From Chitinophaga pinensis (GTDB lineage: Bacteria > Bacteroidota > Bacteroidia > AKYH767-A > OLB10): 62,063 nt of DNA. Shown piece after piece: positions 29,031 through 39,937 of this stretch. Position 1 is the stretch's first letter; each line of letters opens with the position of its first letter. The DNA lies in contig CALQOD010000003.1 of NCBI GenBank assembly GCA_943332105.1, forward strand, positions 1-62,063. Reading direction: 5' to 3'. Under the pieces are notes generated by a model that did no database searches, was not told the origin of the DNA, and saw only the letters and a list, made by a program, of their open reading frames with translations. The position numbers were made by a program, and so were the translations under genes.

Positions 29031-29233
29031 ATTAAAAACTCTGATTGAAAGATGATTTCAGGATATTTTATCAAAAATTGATTGTTGATTATTTAGACAT
29101 TGATGATTTCAGTGATAATTACCAATAGGTTATAGTTTGAGTTAAAGTGCTTTTGAGTTGCGTATAGCTAGCTGAATAAGGGAAATTTACTTTTGAATGG
29201 GAGCTGTTTTTATTGATTTGTACAAAAACAATA

Positions 29234-29241
29234 TATATTTG
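29234..29241 (+). promoter_or_regulatory. -7 box (TATATTTG)
   Basis: Exact TAnnTTTG upstream of ATG 29261. Confidence 0.65.
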
Positions 29242-29260
29242 CCTAAACTTTTCTTTGGCT

Positions 29261-29677
29261 ATGTTTCATTTTACTGAGCATTTTGTTAAAAAATCAATTC
29301 AAAACGGATTTGCTTTATTGTTCATTTCTGCTGTTTTGATGTATTTGAGTAGTGATGAGTTTGTGCACTATGTGTATATTCCAGCGTTTCTGATAGCAGG
29401 GGGCTGTTGGATTTACTTTGGATTCAAATTTAAAAAGCTATTGGATTCCGTTGATGAACCAACAAATCATGAATTCGAAACAACTAAAGTCAGGATTTTT
29501 AAGTTAGTTGATTCATTACTTTCTGTTACTTTAACTCTTTCTATGATTTTGTCAATGGGATTTCCAGCCGGTAATGCTATTTACTTTTTATTGTCCGTGA
29601 TTTCGGTCTTGTTTATCATCAGAATCTATCAGATTGTAATTATTTCAAACTATCTAAAGCAAGAAGTTCGAAACTAA
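29261..29677 (+). CDS. Hypothetical 4-TM membrane protein
   Basis: Four hydrophobic segments; start supported by the -7 box. Confidence 0.65.
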   Translation: MFHFTEHFVKKSIQNGFALLFISAVLMYLSSDEFVHYVYIPAFLIAGGCWIYFGFKFKKLLDSVDEPTNHEFETTKVRIFKLVDSLLSVTLTLSMILSMGFPAGNAIYFLLSVISVLFIIRIYQIVIISNYLKQEVRN

Positions 29678-29739
29678 TTCCACAAAGTTTAGCATCCTTC
29701 CGTTTTTTTTGTATTTTCAGCAACCAAATCACAAAAAAA

Positions 29740-31182
29740 ATGGAAATCAAAAAACAAAATTCAAGTAACTCTTTCTTAATCCTTATATCGGTATTCTTTT
29801 TTTGGGGATTCGTGGCAGCCAGTAATGATATTTTAATTCCTGTATTTAAGGAGAAGCTCAATTTGGAGCAGTGGCAAAGTCAAATGATTTCTTTCGCATT
29901 TTATGTGGCCTATACCGTGGGTTCTCTCATTTACTATTTCATTTCTAAAGCTACTGGTGGTGATTTACTTAACCGTCTTGGTTATAAAAACGGAATTGCT
30001 CTTGGATTAACAATTTCTGCATTAGGGTCTCTTCTTTTTTATCCTGCAGCGGAACAAGCTTCTTTCGGATTGATGATTACAGGTTTATTCATCGTTGCGT
30101 TAGGCTTCTCATTGCAACAAACTGCCGCTAATCCACTTGCTATTACTATCGGTGATCCTAAAAAAGGAGCCCAGCGTTTAAGTCTTGCAGGCGGTATCAA
30201 TAATGTTGGAACTACCATCGGGCCAATCATCGTTTCTTTTGCCATTTTCGGAGCTATTAGCGAAGGTGCTAAACTTGATTCGTTAGCTGCAGTGAAAGTT
30301 CCTTACCTCATTCTAGGAGCCGCATTTTTAGTCGTAGCTGTTCTATTTAAATTTTCAAGCCTTCCGAATCAAATTCATTACGATGATGTAAAGGAAGATG
30401 CCGTAGAAGATAAAAATTCGAAGTCGGTTTTATCTTACCCTCAATTGTGGATGGGAATGATTGCTATCTTTTTATATGTGGGTGTTGAAGTTTCTACCGC
30501 ATCAAATCTTCCAGAGTACATGCGTGTGTATTTAAAAACTTCTACCAATGAAGTAGCTCCTTATGTTTCTCTCTTCTGGGCTAGTTTAATGATTGGTCGT
30601 TGGACAGGTGCCGTAGGTGCAATGGATGTTAAGTCAGGATTGAAAAATATTTTGAAGTGGTTATTGCCGTATGCAGCATTTGGAATTTTCTTACTAGTAA
30701 ATACAATTGCAAAGCATGATATAACAATATTCTTTGCTTATGCTGGAGTAATTGTTATTTTAATTCTTGCAGATTATATAAGTAAAGGAAATCCTGCAAA
30801 GCAGTTATTAATATTTTCAACTTTCGGAATTATCGCCTTAATAACAGGTATGTTGACTTCCGGAATGACCAGCGTTTATGCTTTTATATCTGTTGGATTA
30901 TTCTGTTCTACTTTATGGCCTTGCATCTTTACATTAGCTATTGCAGGTTTAGGAAAGAAAACAAACGAAGGCTCAGGATTTTTAATTATGATGATTATGG
31001 GTGGAGGATTCGTAAGTCTTTTACAAGGATATTTAGCAGGAGAACATTTATTAGGAATACGCTATAGCTACGTCGTGGGTGTTGCTTGTTTCTTATACCT
31101 TGCTTATTATGGTTGGAAAGCAAAATCAATCCTTGCTGCTCAAGGTATCGACTACGATCAAAAATCTACTTCGGCTCACTAA
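29740..31182 (+). CDS. FucP/GluP (NagP-like) MFS sugar transporter
   Basis: FFFWGF, LQQTAANP, YVGVEV, LWPCIFTLA, IMGGG. Confidence 0.9.
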   Translation: MEIKKQNSSNSFLILISVFFFWGFVAASNDILIPVFKEKLNLEQWQSQMISFAFYVAYTVGSLIYYFISKATGGDLLNRLGYKNGIALGLTISALGSLLFYPAAEQASFGLMITGLFIVALGFSLQQTAANPLAITIGDPKKGAQRLSLAGGINNVGTTIGPIIVSFAIFGAISEGAKLDSLAAVKVPYLILGAAFLVVAVLFKFSSLPNQIHYDDVKEDAVEDKNSKSVLSYPQLWMGMIAIFLYVGVEVSTASNLPEYMRVYLKTSTNEVAPYVSLFWASLMIGRWTGAVGAMDVKSGLKNILKWLLPYAAFGIFLLVNTIAKHDITIFFAYAGVIVILILADYISKGNPAKQLLIFSTFGIIALITGMLTSGMTSVYAFISVGLFCSTLWPCIFTLAIAGLGKKTNEGSGFLIMMIMGGGFVSLLQGYLAGEHLLGIRYSYVVGVACFLYLAYYGWKAKSILAAQGIDYDQKSTSAH

Positions 31183-31200
31183 TCTGATTTTATAAATCTT

Positions 31201-33438
31201 ATGTTTCAAAAGTTTAAACTTGCGCTTGTTGTTCTAATCTTAAGCGTGAGCCATGCCTCTTATTCTCAAATAGAATTACCACTTATACCAAAACCAGATA
31301 CAATTATTTTGGGTAATGGAAATTTTAGCTTTTCTAATGATATCAAAATTGTTGCATCAAAAACGAATTATGCTGTTGCACAACAATGGTTATCTGAAAG
31401 TGCTAACATGAATTTTGCTCGAGCTTCACAGGCATCAAAAAAAGTGAAGAATATTATTTTAAAAGTAGATAAGCATAATACTTCTGAAGGGTATACCCTT
31501 ACCGTTACATCTGAAAAAATCGAGTTGCTCGCAGGTAAAAAAGGATTGATTCGTGGATTAGCAACAGTCACTCAACTTGCTTGGTATGCTTCTGAGCATA
31601 ATAATCAGATTCCTTGTTTAACAATTAACGATAATCCTCATTTTGGATATCGTGGAGTACATCTCGATGTGTCACGACATTTCTTTGATGTAACGTTCAT
31701 CAAAAAATATATCGACTTAATCGCGCTTTATAAAATGAATACTTTTCATTGGCATTTAGTCGATGATCAAGGTTGGAGAATTGAAATTAAAAAATATCCG
31801 AAGCTCACGTCCGTTGGTGCTAATCGCGCCGGTAGTATGATAGGCCCTTATCGTGATCATAAAATCGATTCAATTCCGTATGGTGGTTTTTACACGCAAA
31901 AAGAAATTAAAGAGGTAATAAAATATGCCACTGCTCGTGGTATTACTATTATTCCTGAAATTGAAATGCCAGGACATTCAATGGCAGCACTGGCTGCTTA
32001 TCCGGAGTTCTCATGTAAAGGTGGTACATTTCAGGTGTCAACCGGTTGGGGCGGATTTGATGATGTGTTTTGTTCTAAAGAATCAACTTTTAAATTCATC
32101 GATGATGTATTGGATGAAGTAGCTCATCTTTTTCCATCTGAATATATTCATATTGGTGGCGATGAATGTCCTAAATCACGCTGGAAAGAATGTCCGGTTT
32201 GCCAGGAGACAAAAAAGAAAAATAATCTGAAAGATGAATTTGAATTGCAGAGCTATTTTATTCAGCGTGTAGAAAAGATTCTTGAATCGAAAGGAAAAAA
32301 ATTAATTGGTTGGGATGAAATTCTTGAAGGCGGACTTGCGCAAAATGCAACAGTTATGAGCTGGCAAGGAATAGAAGGAGGTATTGCAGCAGCAACATCA
32401 AATCATTATGCAATTATGACTCCTGGTTCTCATTGTTATTTTGATCACTATCAAGGAGAGAAGAATTTAGAACCATTGGCTATTGGAGGATATACCCCAC
32501 TTGAAAAAGTGTATGCATATCAACCAATACCAGACACCTTGAAAGGTGACCAACGAAAATATATTTTAGGCGCACAAGCAAATCTGTGGACAGAATATAT
32601 GTATGACACGAAACAAGTAGAGTATATGTTGTTCCCTCGATTAGAAGCATTGAGTGAAGTACTTTGGTCTGATTCGTTAACTCGTAATTATCCGCGCTTC
32701 GAAAAAAATGTTATCCAACATCAGTCGCTTTTAAAAAAATGGAATGTCAATTTTGCAAAAAGTTATTTACGTCCAGCAGTAACAATTAATGCATCTGATA
32801 TAATTGGAGAATTAACAATTAGCGTTACACCAAAAGAAAATCAGAAAATCGATTTATCCTGGAATGATGGAGAGTTCGAATCTTACACTGATCCGATTTC
32901 AGTAGATGAATCTGGTGTTTTAAAAATCAGAAGCGTATTAAATACAGACACAGTTACTTTAGTAAAGAGTTTAACTATCGCGCCTTCATCAGGTGCTAAC
33001 GTTACCGTATTAACGCCAACTAAAGGCAACTATGCAAATCCTCCAGCTACATTAACTGATGGTATTGTTGGTGAATTCCCTTGGACAACCAAGCATTGGT
33101 TAGGATGGCTTGGCAAGGACGCTGTTTTATCTCTTGATATGAAAGATACATTTGCTATCGATAGTGTAAAAGTATTTTATCTTAACGATCGAGGAAGTTG
33201 GATTCATCCTCCTGCTTCAATGATTATACAAAACGATAGTCTTAATACAGTTCAAGTTGTAAAAAATGAAAATGCAATTTGTTCAATCGTATACACCAAG
33301 CCTTTTATTTCAAGTAAAGTTGATATCACAGTTAAGTCAATTGGTAAAGTGCCCGAAGGAAATCCTGGTGCAGGATCTAACAGCTGGTTATTTATTAGCG
33401 AAGTGATGGTATATGGACATACAAAAAATGAGAGGTAA
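31201..33438 (+). CDS. GH20 beta-N-acetylhexosaminidase
   Basis: RGVHLDVSRHF, HWHLVDDQGWR, IPEIEMPGH, HIGGDEC catalytic DE; C-terminal discoidin-like module. Confidence 0.95.
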   Translation: MFQKFKLALVVLILSVSHASYSQIELPLIPKPDTIILGNGNFSFSNDIKIVASKTNYAVAQQWLSESANMNFARASQASKKVKNIILKVDKHNTSEGYTLTVTSEKIELLAGKKGLIRGLATVTQLAWYASEHNNQIPCLTINDNPHFGYRGVHLDVSRHFFDVTFIKKYIDLIALYKMNTFHWHLVDDQGWRIEIKKYPKLTSVGANRAGSMIGPYRDHKIDSIPYGGFYTQKEIKEVIKYATARGITIIPEIEMPGHSMAALAAYPEFSCKGGTFQVSTGWGGFDDVFCSKESTFKFIDDVLDEVAHLFPSEYIHIGGDECPKSRWKECPVCQETKKKNNLKDEFELQSYFIQRVEKILESKGKKLIGWDEILEGGLAQNATVMSWQGIEGGIAAATSNHYAIMTPGSHCYFDHYQGEKNLEPLAIGGYTPLEKVYAYQPIPDTLKGDQRKYILGAQANLWTEYMYDTKQVEYMLFPRLEALSEVLWSDSLTRNYPRFEKNVIQHQSLLKKWNVNFAKSYLRPAVTINASDIIGELTISVTPKENQKIDLSWNDGEFESYTDPISVDESGVLKIRSVLNTDTVTLVKSLTIAPSSGANVTVLTPTKGNYANPPATLTDGIVGEFPWTTKHWLGWLGKDAVLSLDMKDTFAIDSVKVFYLNDRGSWIHPPASMIIQNDSLNTVQVVKNENAICSIVYTKPFISSKVDITVKSIGKVPEGNPGAGSNSWLFISEVMVYGHTKNER

Positions 33439-35944
33439 TAAGGTTGCGCTTTTGAGTTTATTCTTTTTGTTCGGTTGCTTTTCTTCAGTTGCACAACAAA
33501 TTTCAAAAAGAGTAATTAGTAATTGGACATTTAGTATCAGTGGCGAGAAGAACAAATACAATGCAACTGTTCCTGGCGATGTTCAAAGTGATTTAATCAA
33601 AGAGAAGAAAATCTCCGATCCTTATTATGACAATATCGATAGTGCATTAACAAAGCTTGAAAAATCTACCATCATTTACCAATGTAATTTTACTTGTGCA
33701 GATGTTGAGCTGAATAAAAATGCAGTTATTCGTTTTAACGGATTAGATACCTACGCGCAGGTTTTTTTGAATGATTCTCTTTTGTTTTTTAATGATAATA
33801 TGTTTTTAAAACAGGATGTTCCCGTTAGTCGCTTTCTTCAAAAAAATAATCATCTTGAAATTCGTTTTTTGCCAATCGATTCTATTGAGCAGTCAAAAAT
33901 TAAATCACTGAGCTATCAATTGCCCGAAGGTAATCGCGTACATACACGCAAAGCGCAGTATCAATATGGTTGGGACTTTGCACCGAAAATTAAAACCATA
34001 GGTATCTGGAAGCCGGTAGAGTTATTCTTTTTTAAAAATGTCTTTCTTCAAAACTTATCGGTGAGTAATAGACCTATCAATAGTAGTGATTACGAGACAA
34101 CAATGTTGGTCGATTTCTATTCTGAAAAAGATACTGTCATTCAATGTACCTATTATCTTTCTCGATTTCAAAAACCTGAAATTATGCAGGATGTTATTAT
34201 ACCTGTTTATTTTGACTTAATTCAACGAGATACAACAATAAAATTATTTAAAGGAAATAATACGATTAAAATAAATAGTATTGTTAAAAATGCAGATTTA
34301 TGGAGCATGGGAAAGGATGCAGATAAGCATTATTATTTTGTAGCTCTTGATTTCAAAGGACAAAAATTATCAAAAAGATTTTCCTTCAGAGATATAAGAT
34401 TAGATCAATCAAAAGATGCAAATGGTTCTTCGTTTAAGTTTATTGTGAACGGTAAGCCGATGTTTATGAAAGGAGTTAATATTGTTCCTGCAGGAATGTT
34501 CCCTACTTCAACACCTGATTCAGTTTATATCAATCTCGTAAAAATGGCGCATGATGCAAATATGAATATGATTCGTGTATGGGGTGGAGGATATTATTTG
34601 CCAGAAGCATTTTACGATTATTGTGATGAGTATGGAATTTTAGTATGGCAGGATTTTATGTTTGCTTGTGCGATGTATCCTGGCGATAACAATTTTCTTT
34701 CATCAGTAAAAGCAGAAGTCGCGCAAGAAGTAAAACGTTTAAGTTGTCATCCTTCTATTGCTTTGTTTTGTGGCAACAACGAAATTTCAGAGGGCTGGAA
34801 TAACTGGGGCTGGCAAAAGCAATTAAATTATTCATCGCAAGATTCTGCAAAAGTGCAAGCTGATTATATCAATTTGTTTGAAAAGTTAATTCCATCTATC
34901 ATCGATTCAATTGCGCCACAAACAATCTACTGGCCTTCCTCTCCTAAGAATGGTTGGGGAAGAAAGTTAAGTTTAACCGAAGGTGATTGTCATTATTGGG
35001 GTGTATGGTGGGGATTCGAACCATTTGCAAATTACCATAATCGTATTCCTCGTTTTATGAGTGAATATGGCTTTCAAGGCTATCCATCTAATCTGCTTTT
35101 AATGAAATATGCAGGTTCAATTGATTCTTCGGATATTCATGTCCGTTATCATCAAAAGCATCCCCGCGGATTTGAAACGATTGCTACCTATTTAAGTCGC
35201 GATTACCCTGCTGTTAAAACCGATTCTTCCTTTGCCTATCTATCGCAGCTGATGCAGGCAGAAGAGATTTCTCGCACTGCACTGATTCATCGTACTAGTT
35301 ATCCGTATTGTTCAGGAACATTGTTCTGGCAATTAAACGATGCATGGCCCTCTATCTCTTGGAGCAGCATCGATTTTTCTATGCAACCTAAAATGCTTTA
35401 TTCGTCGATTGCAAAAGCATATGAGGATATTGTTATGTTCGTCGATACAAATAATCGTCAATGGGATTTGAAAATTTACAATGGAAGTTCATCTGTAGTA
35501 AAAGCGAAGCTTCAAGTTATTCAAGCAACAACAAATACGATTGATGCGCCTTGGAATTACGAACAAAATCCAATTACTCTTTATCCTGATTCTGTTCAGA
35601 AATATGGAATTCTGCAAATGGTCTCTGATAAAAACAGAAATGTCATTTATCAGCTTCGCCTTACTTCAGAAGATGGAAAACTCATCACATCTTGCTGGCA
35701 TTTTAATGGCATGCCAAAAGACTTACCATTGATTAATCCAGGTATTAATGTATCCCGAATAAATGAAAAGGAAATTGAAATTACCAATGATAAATTTGTT
35801 TACGGACTTCGTATTACTGATAAAAATGGAATTCTTTCTTCCAGTTTAAATGGTGTTTATCTTTTACCTAAAACAAAATTGGTAGTTCCTTATTCAGGAG
35901 ATGTTAAAGGACTAATCTTTGAATCGCTTAATACAGTTAAGTAG
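33428..35944 (+). CDS. GH2 beta-mannosidase-like
   Basis: RKAQYQYGWD, NMIRVWGGG, VWQDFMFAC, GNNE, SEYG, FWQLND. Start moved to ATG 33428. Confidence 0.92.
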   Translation: MRGNKVALLSLFFLFGCFSSVAQQISKRVISNWTFSISGEKNKYNATVPGDVQSDLIKEKKISDPYYDNIDSALTKLEKSTIIYQCNFTCADVELNKNAVIRFNGLDTYAQVFLNDSLLFFNDNMFLKQDVPVSRFLQKNNHLEIRFLPIDSIEQSKIKSLSYQLPEGNRVHTRKAQYQYGWDFAPKIKTIGIWKPVELFFFKNVFLQNLSVSNRPINSSDYETTMLVDFYSEKDTVIQCTYYLSRFQKPEIMQDVIIPVYFDLIQRDTTIKLFKGNNTIKINSIVKNADLWSMGKDADKHYYFVALDFKGQKLSKRFSFRDIRLDQSKDANGSSFKFIVNGKPMFMKGVNIVPAGMFPTSTPDSVYINLVKMAHDANMNMIRVWGGGYYLPEAFYDYCDEYGILVWQDFMFACAMYPGDNNFLSSVKAEVAQEVKRLSCHPSIALFCGNNEISEGWNNWGWQKQLNYSSQDSAKVQADYINLFEKLIPSIIDSIAPQTIYWPSSPKNGWGRKLSLTEGDCHYWGVWWGFEPFANYHNRIPRFMSEYGFQGYPSNLLLMKYAGSIDSSDIHVRYHQKHPRGFETIATYLSRDYPAVKTDSSFAYLSQLMQAEEISRTALIHRTSYPYCSGTLFWQLNDAWPSISWSSIDFSMQPKMLYSSIAKAYEDIVMFVDTNNRQWDLKIYNGSSSVVKAKLQVIQATTNTIDAPWNYEQNPITLYPDSVQKYGILQMVSDKNRNVIYQLRLTSEDGKLITSCWHFNGMPKDLPLINPGINVSRINEKEIEITNDKFVYGLRITDKNGILSSSLNGVYLLPKTKLVVPYSGDVKGLIFESLNTVK

Positions 35945-35974
35945 TATTTTGTTGGGATAGTTGATTTCATTTCT

Positions 35975-35982
35975 TATTTTCG
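35975..35982 (+). promoter_or_regulatory. -7 box (TATTTTCG) for GH92
   Basis: 5 nt upstream of ATG 35988. Confidence 0.5.
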
Positions 35983-35987
35983 GAGGG

Positions 35988-38900
35988 ATGAAAAATTTAA
36001 TTTGTGCGCTGTTTATTCTTGCATCTTACAATTCATATTCGCAAGACTTTAGCAATTACGTAAATCCTATGATTGGTACGGGAGGCGTAGGACATACTTA
36101 TCCTGGTGCCACTGTCCCTTACGGAATGGTGCAGGTTAGTCCTGATACTCGTAATGAATCAAGCTGGGAAGGCTGTGGTGGTTACTGGTATAACGACTCG
36201 CTGATTTACGGATTCTCTCATACTCATTTGAGTGGTACGGGCTGTAGCGATTATGGTGATGTTTTATTGATGCCTGGTACAGACAAAATTTCATTTAATC
36301 CATTAGACTATGGTTCTCCTTTTAAACATGCAACAGAGAAGTCATCGCCAGGTTATTATTCAGTGCTATTGACAGATAACAAGATAAAATGTGAAATGAC
36401 CGCATCCACGCGCGTAGGTGTGCAAAAATATACTTACCCTCCAATCTTTACGCCTTCAGTTTTGCTCGACTTAATGCATCGTGATAAAGTTCTTGGTTCT
36501 TCTATTAAAATTGTGAATGATCATACTGTCGAAGGTTATCGTCATAGCGAAGCATGGGCAAAAGATCAGTATGTTTATTTTTCAATGGAATTTTCGCAGC
36601 CATTTACAGAAATAAAAATGATGGGAAGAACAAATCCATTAAAGGTGGGTGATAGCATCGTAAGTGATTCAATTCGTATCGCATTTGTATTTAAAAAATC
36701 TACCAATAATATTGTTGAAGTCCGAACAGGAATTTCTTCTGTTTCTACTGCAGGAGCTCGAAATAATCGTAATACTGAAATTGGCAAAAAAACTTTTATA
36801 CAAATTCAATCAGATGCTCGCGCTTATTGGAATAAGGAACTAGGAAGAATTGCTGTTTATGATGAATCGCAGCGCAATCTAACTAATTTTTACACATCTC
36901 TTTATCATATGATGATTGTTCCGAATGTCTATTCTGATATTGATGGAAAGTATCGCGGTAGAGATAATAAGATTCATACCGCCAATGGCTATACGCAGTA
37001 TTCAGTTTTTAGTTTGTGGGATACTTTCCGTGCAGCACATCCTATGTATGCTTTGATTGATAAGCAACGCTCCTTAGATTTTATCAAAACATTTTTGGCA
37101 CAGTATGAGCAAGGTGGAAGATTGCCAGTATGGGAGCTTGGCGCGAATGAAACGGATTGTATGATTGGTTATCATTCAGTATCCGTAATTGCAGATGCGC
37201 TAGCAAAAGATATAACAGGATTTAATGTTCCCTTGGCATTTGAAGCGGCAAAGAAAAGCGCTAACTGGAATCATTTAGGACTGCCTGCATTTAATGCTAA
37301 TAATTATTTGCAGATTGACGATGAATCAGAATCTGTTTCTAAAACATTAGAGTATTCCTACGATGCTTGGTGTGTTGCGCAAATAGCAAAATACTTAAGT
37401 AAAACGGATGATGCATTGTACTATAATCGGCTTGCTTCTTCTTATCGTAATTTGTATGATCATTCAACTGGATTTATGCGCCCTCGTAGGAATGGTAATT
37501 GGCTTTCTCCTTTCGATCCTTTAGAAGTTAATAATCATTTCACCGAAGCAAATAGTTATCAGTATTCATTCTTCGTTCCTCAAGATATTCCAGGAATGAT
37601 AGATATGATGGGAGGGGCTAATAAGTTTGATAATAAGTTGGATGGTTTGTTTAATGCACCAACGTCTACTACCGGACGACAGCAAGCGGATATCACTGGT
37701 TTAATCGGACAATATGCGCATGGGAACGAGCCGAGCCATCACATGGCTTATTTGTATGATTATATTGGTAAACCTTGGAAGACTCAGGAAATAGTTCATC
37801 GCGTAGTGGATAGTTTGTATAATACTACTTATGATGGATTGCCTGGTAATGAAGACTGCGGGCAGATGTCAGCATGGTATGTCTGGAGTGCAATTGGTTT
37901 GTATCCTGTTACTCCCGGAAGCACGCAATATGCAATCGGAACTCCTTTGTTCAATCATGTTGTAATCAATCTTGAAAATGGAAGTAAAATCGATATTACA
38001 GCTAATAAGCAATCACCTAAATCTTTTTATATTGAAACACTTCGTTATAACGGTGCTGTATATGATAACAATTTGCTTTCTTATGATCGCTTAAGAGATG
38101 GTTGCTATTTAGACGCTGTATTAAAAGATTATCCAAATAAAGGTCGCGGACTTAATCCTGAATTAAGTGGTCGTTTGCTGTCTTATGGATTTATTAATGC
38201 TCCATTTATCAGTACGAACAAAAGAAATTTTTCAGATAGTTTGTTGGTTGCAATATCAAATCCTGATTCGTTATCAATGCGCTTTTGGATAAACAATGAC
38301 TCAGCGCACATAATTGAATATACTAAACCCTTTTATATTTACAATACTTCATCAGTAACTGCTATATCTTATAATGGAAATTTTAAAAGTGGCAGAGCAA
38401 CTGGTTTCTTTAATAAACTACCTCATCCCAATTGGCAGGTAAAATTAATCAGCACTCCTGGCCGCCAGTATGCTGCTGAAGGCCCCCAAAGTTTAATTGA
38501 TGGAATAAATGGAAGTGTTGAATGGAGAAAAGGCGATTGGCATGGCTATCAAGATCAAAATATGGAAGTAGTATTTACATTCGAAAAAGACGAAACAATT
38601 GGTCGTGTAATGCCTGGCTTCTTGCAGGATACACGCGCATGGATTTTAATGCCAACAAAACTTGAAGTATCATTATCGAATGACGGCACTACATGGTCGT
38701 TAGTTGGTCAATTGGATGTAAAAGTTGATCCGAAAGATTATACTCCGCAGATTGCACATCCTCAGTTAAAATTTACTCCGCAAAAGGCAAAGTATATGAA
38801 AGTAAAGGCTTATAACTTCGGAAAATTACCTTCGTGGCATTTAGGTGTAGATGGCGAAGCTTATATTTTCTGTGATGAAATAACAGTATCTGAAAAATAA
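35988..38900 (+). CDS. GH92 alpha-mannosidase with C-terminal Fn3-like and discoidin modules
   Basis: GHTYPGATVPYG, HLSGTG, SLWDTFR, TEANS, HGNEPSHH, GNEDCGQMSAWY. Confidence 0.95.
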   Translation: MKNLICALFILASYNSYSQDFSNYVNPMIGTGGVGHTYPGATVPYGMVQVSPDTRNESSWEGCGGYWYNDSLIYGFSHTHLSGTGCSDYGDVLLMPGTDKISFNPLDYGSPFKHATEKSSPGYYSVLLTDNKIKCEMTASTRVGVQKYTYPPIFTPSVLLDLMHRDKVLGSSIKIVNDHTVEGYRHSEAWAKDQYVYFSMEFSQPFTEIKMMGRTNPLKVGDSIVSDSIRIAFVFKKSTNNIVEVRTGISSVSTAGARNNRNTEIGKKTFIQIQSDARAYWNKELGRIAVYDESQRNLTNFYTSLYHMMIVPNVYSDIDGKYRGRDNKIHTANGYTQYSVFSLWDTFRAAHPMYALIDKQRSLDFIKTFLAQYEQGGRLPVWELGANETDCMIGYHSVSVIADALAKDITGFNVPLAFEAAKKSANWNHLGLPAFNANNYLQIDDESESVSKTLEYSYDAWCVAQIAKYLSKTDDALYYNRLASSYRNLYDHSTGFMRPRRNGNWLSPFDPLEVNNHFTEANSYQYSFFVPQDIPGMIDMMGGANKFDNKLDGLFNAPTSTTGRQQADITGLIGQYAHGNEPSHHMAYLYDYIGKPWKTQEIVHRVVDSLYNTTYDGLPGNEDCGQMSAWYVWSAIGLYPVTPGSTQYAIGTPLFNHVVINLENGSKIDITANKQSPKSFYIETLRYNGAVYDNNLLSYDRLRDGCYLDAVLKDYPNKGRGLNPELSGRLLSYGFINAPFISTNKRNFSDSLLVAISNPDSLSMRFWINNDSAHIIEYTKPFYIYNTSSVTAISYNGNFKSGRATGFFNKLPHPNWQVKLISTPGRQYAAEGPQSLIDGINGSVEWRKGDWHGYQDQNMEVVFTFEKDETIGRVMPGFLQDTRAWILMPTKLEVSLSNDGTTWSLVGQLDVKVDPKDYTPQIAHPQLKFTPQKAKYMKVKAYNFGKLPSWHLGVDGEAYIFCDEITVSEK

Positions 38901-38904
38901 AATT

Positions 38905-39936
38905 ATGCAAAGAAGACAATTTTTACTCAAATCAATTTTAGCGTCAGGTGGATTAATGCTGTTTAGAAAAGCAGCAATTGGTAAAACCAAATCAACTGAT
39001 AATTTACGAGCAGGGTTTCCATTAGTGATTTCGACCTGGGCTCCTAATATAAAGGCGAATTCAGCAGCTTGGGAAGTGCTTTCAAAAGGTGGTAAAGCCT
39101 TAGATGCTGTAGAAGCAGGTGTGCGCGTCCCTGAAGCAGATCCTGATGATACAAGTGTAGGGTACGGTGGTCTGCCCGATCGTGATGGTAATGTTACGCT
39201 TGATGCTTGCATTATGGATGAAAAGGGTAACTGCGGTTCCGTTATGTTCCTTCAAAATATTATGCATCCAATTTCAGTTGCTCGTATGGTAATGGAAAAA
39301 ACTCCACATGTTATTTTAGTTGGTGATGGTGCATTACAATTTGCATTGCAGAACGGATTTAAACAAGAAAATTTATTAACGCCTAAGAGCGAGCAAATCT
39401 GGAAGGAATGGTTAAAAAAGCATAATTATAATCCGATGGATACCATCAAGTATATACGTGATCAGAAAGAGGAGAAAGGTAAAGGTGGTCAAGGTAATCA
39501 TGATACGATAGGGATGATTGCTATGGACTCCAACGGTGATTTTAGTGGAGCTTGTACAACTAGCGGGATGGCGTTTAAATTACATGGTCGTGTAGGTGAT
39601 TCACCTGTAATAGGTGCTGGCTTGTTTGTCGATAATGAAGTGGGTGCAGCAACTTCAACAGGAGTAGGTGAGGAAGTGATTCGTATTTGTGGTTCACATA
39701 CTATCGTGGAAGCAATGCGCTATGGTAAGTCGCCATTAGAAGCATGTAAAATTGGAGTAGAGCGTATGTATAAACTGCGAAAAGATAAAATTGCTGATAT
39801 GCAAATTGGATTTCTAGCTGTAAATAAAAAAGGAGAAATCGGTGCTTTTGCGCTACGAAAAGGTTTTACCTATACTTATAAACTTGCCAATGGGGTTGAT
39901 GTTATTAAAGAAGCTGATTGCTTGCTAAAAGATTAA
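38905..39936 (+). CDS. aspG: Glycosylasparaginase (N4-(beta-N-acetylglucosaminyl)-L-asparaginase), Tat substrate
   Basis: MQRRQFL twin-Arg leader; SVGYGGLPD; HDTIG autocleavage site; GRVGDSP; STGVGE. Confidence 0.92.
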   Translation: MQRRQFLLKSILASGGLMLFRKAAIGKTKSTDNLRAGFPLVISTWAPNIKANSAAWEVLSKGGKALDAVEAGVRVPEADPDDTSVGYGGLPDRDGNVTLDACIMDEKGNCGSVMFLQNIMHPISVARMVMEKTPHVILVGDGALQFALQNGFKQENLLTPKSEQIWKEWLKKHNYNPMDTIKYIRDQKEEKGKGGQGNHDTIGMIAMDSNGDFSGACTTSGMAFKLHGRVGDSPVIGAGLFVDNEVGAATSTGVGEEVIRICGSHTIVEAMRYGKSPLEACKIGVERMYKLRKDKIADMQIGFLAVNKKGEIGAFALRKGFTYTYKLANGVDVIKEADCLLKD

Positions 39937-39937
39937 G

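Noticed and set aside
29051-29112. GATGATTTCAG direct repeat (29051, 29102) in a divergent promoter region
   Set aside because: A single 11-bp pair in AT-rich DNA with no cognate regulator nearby.
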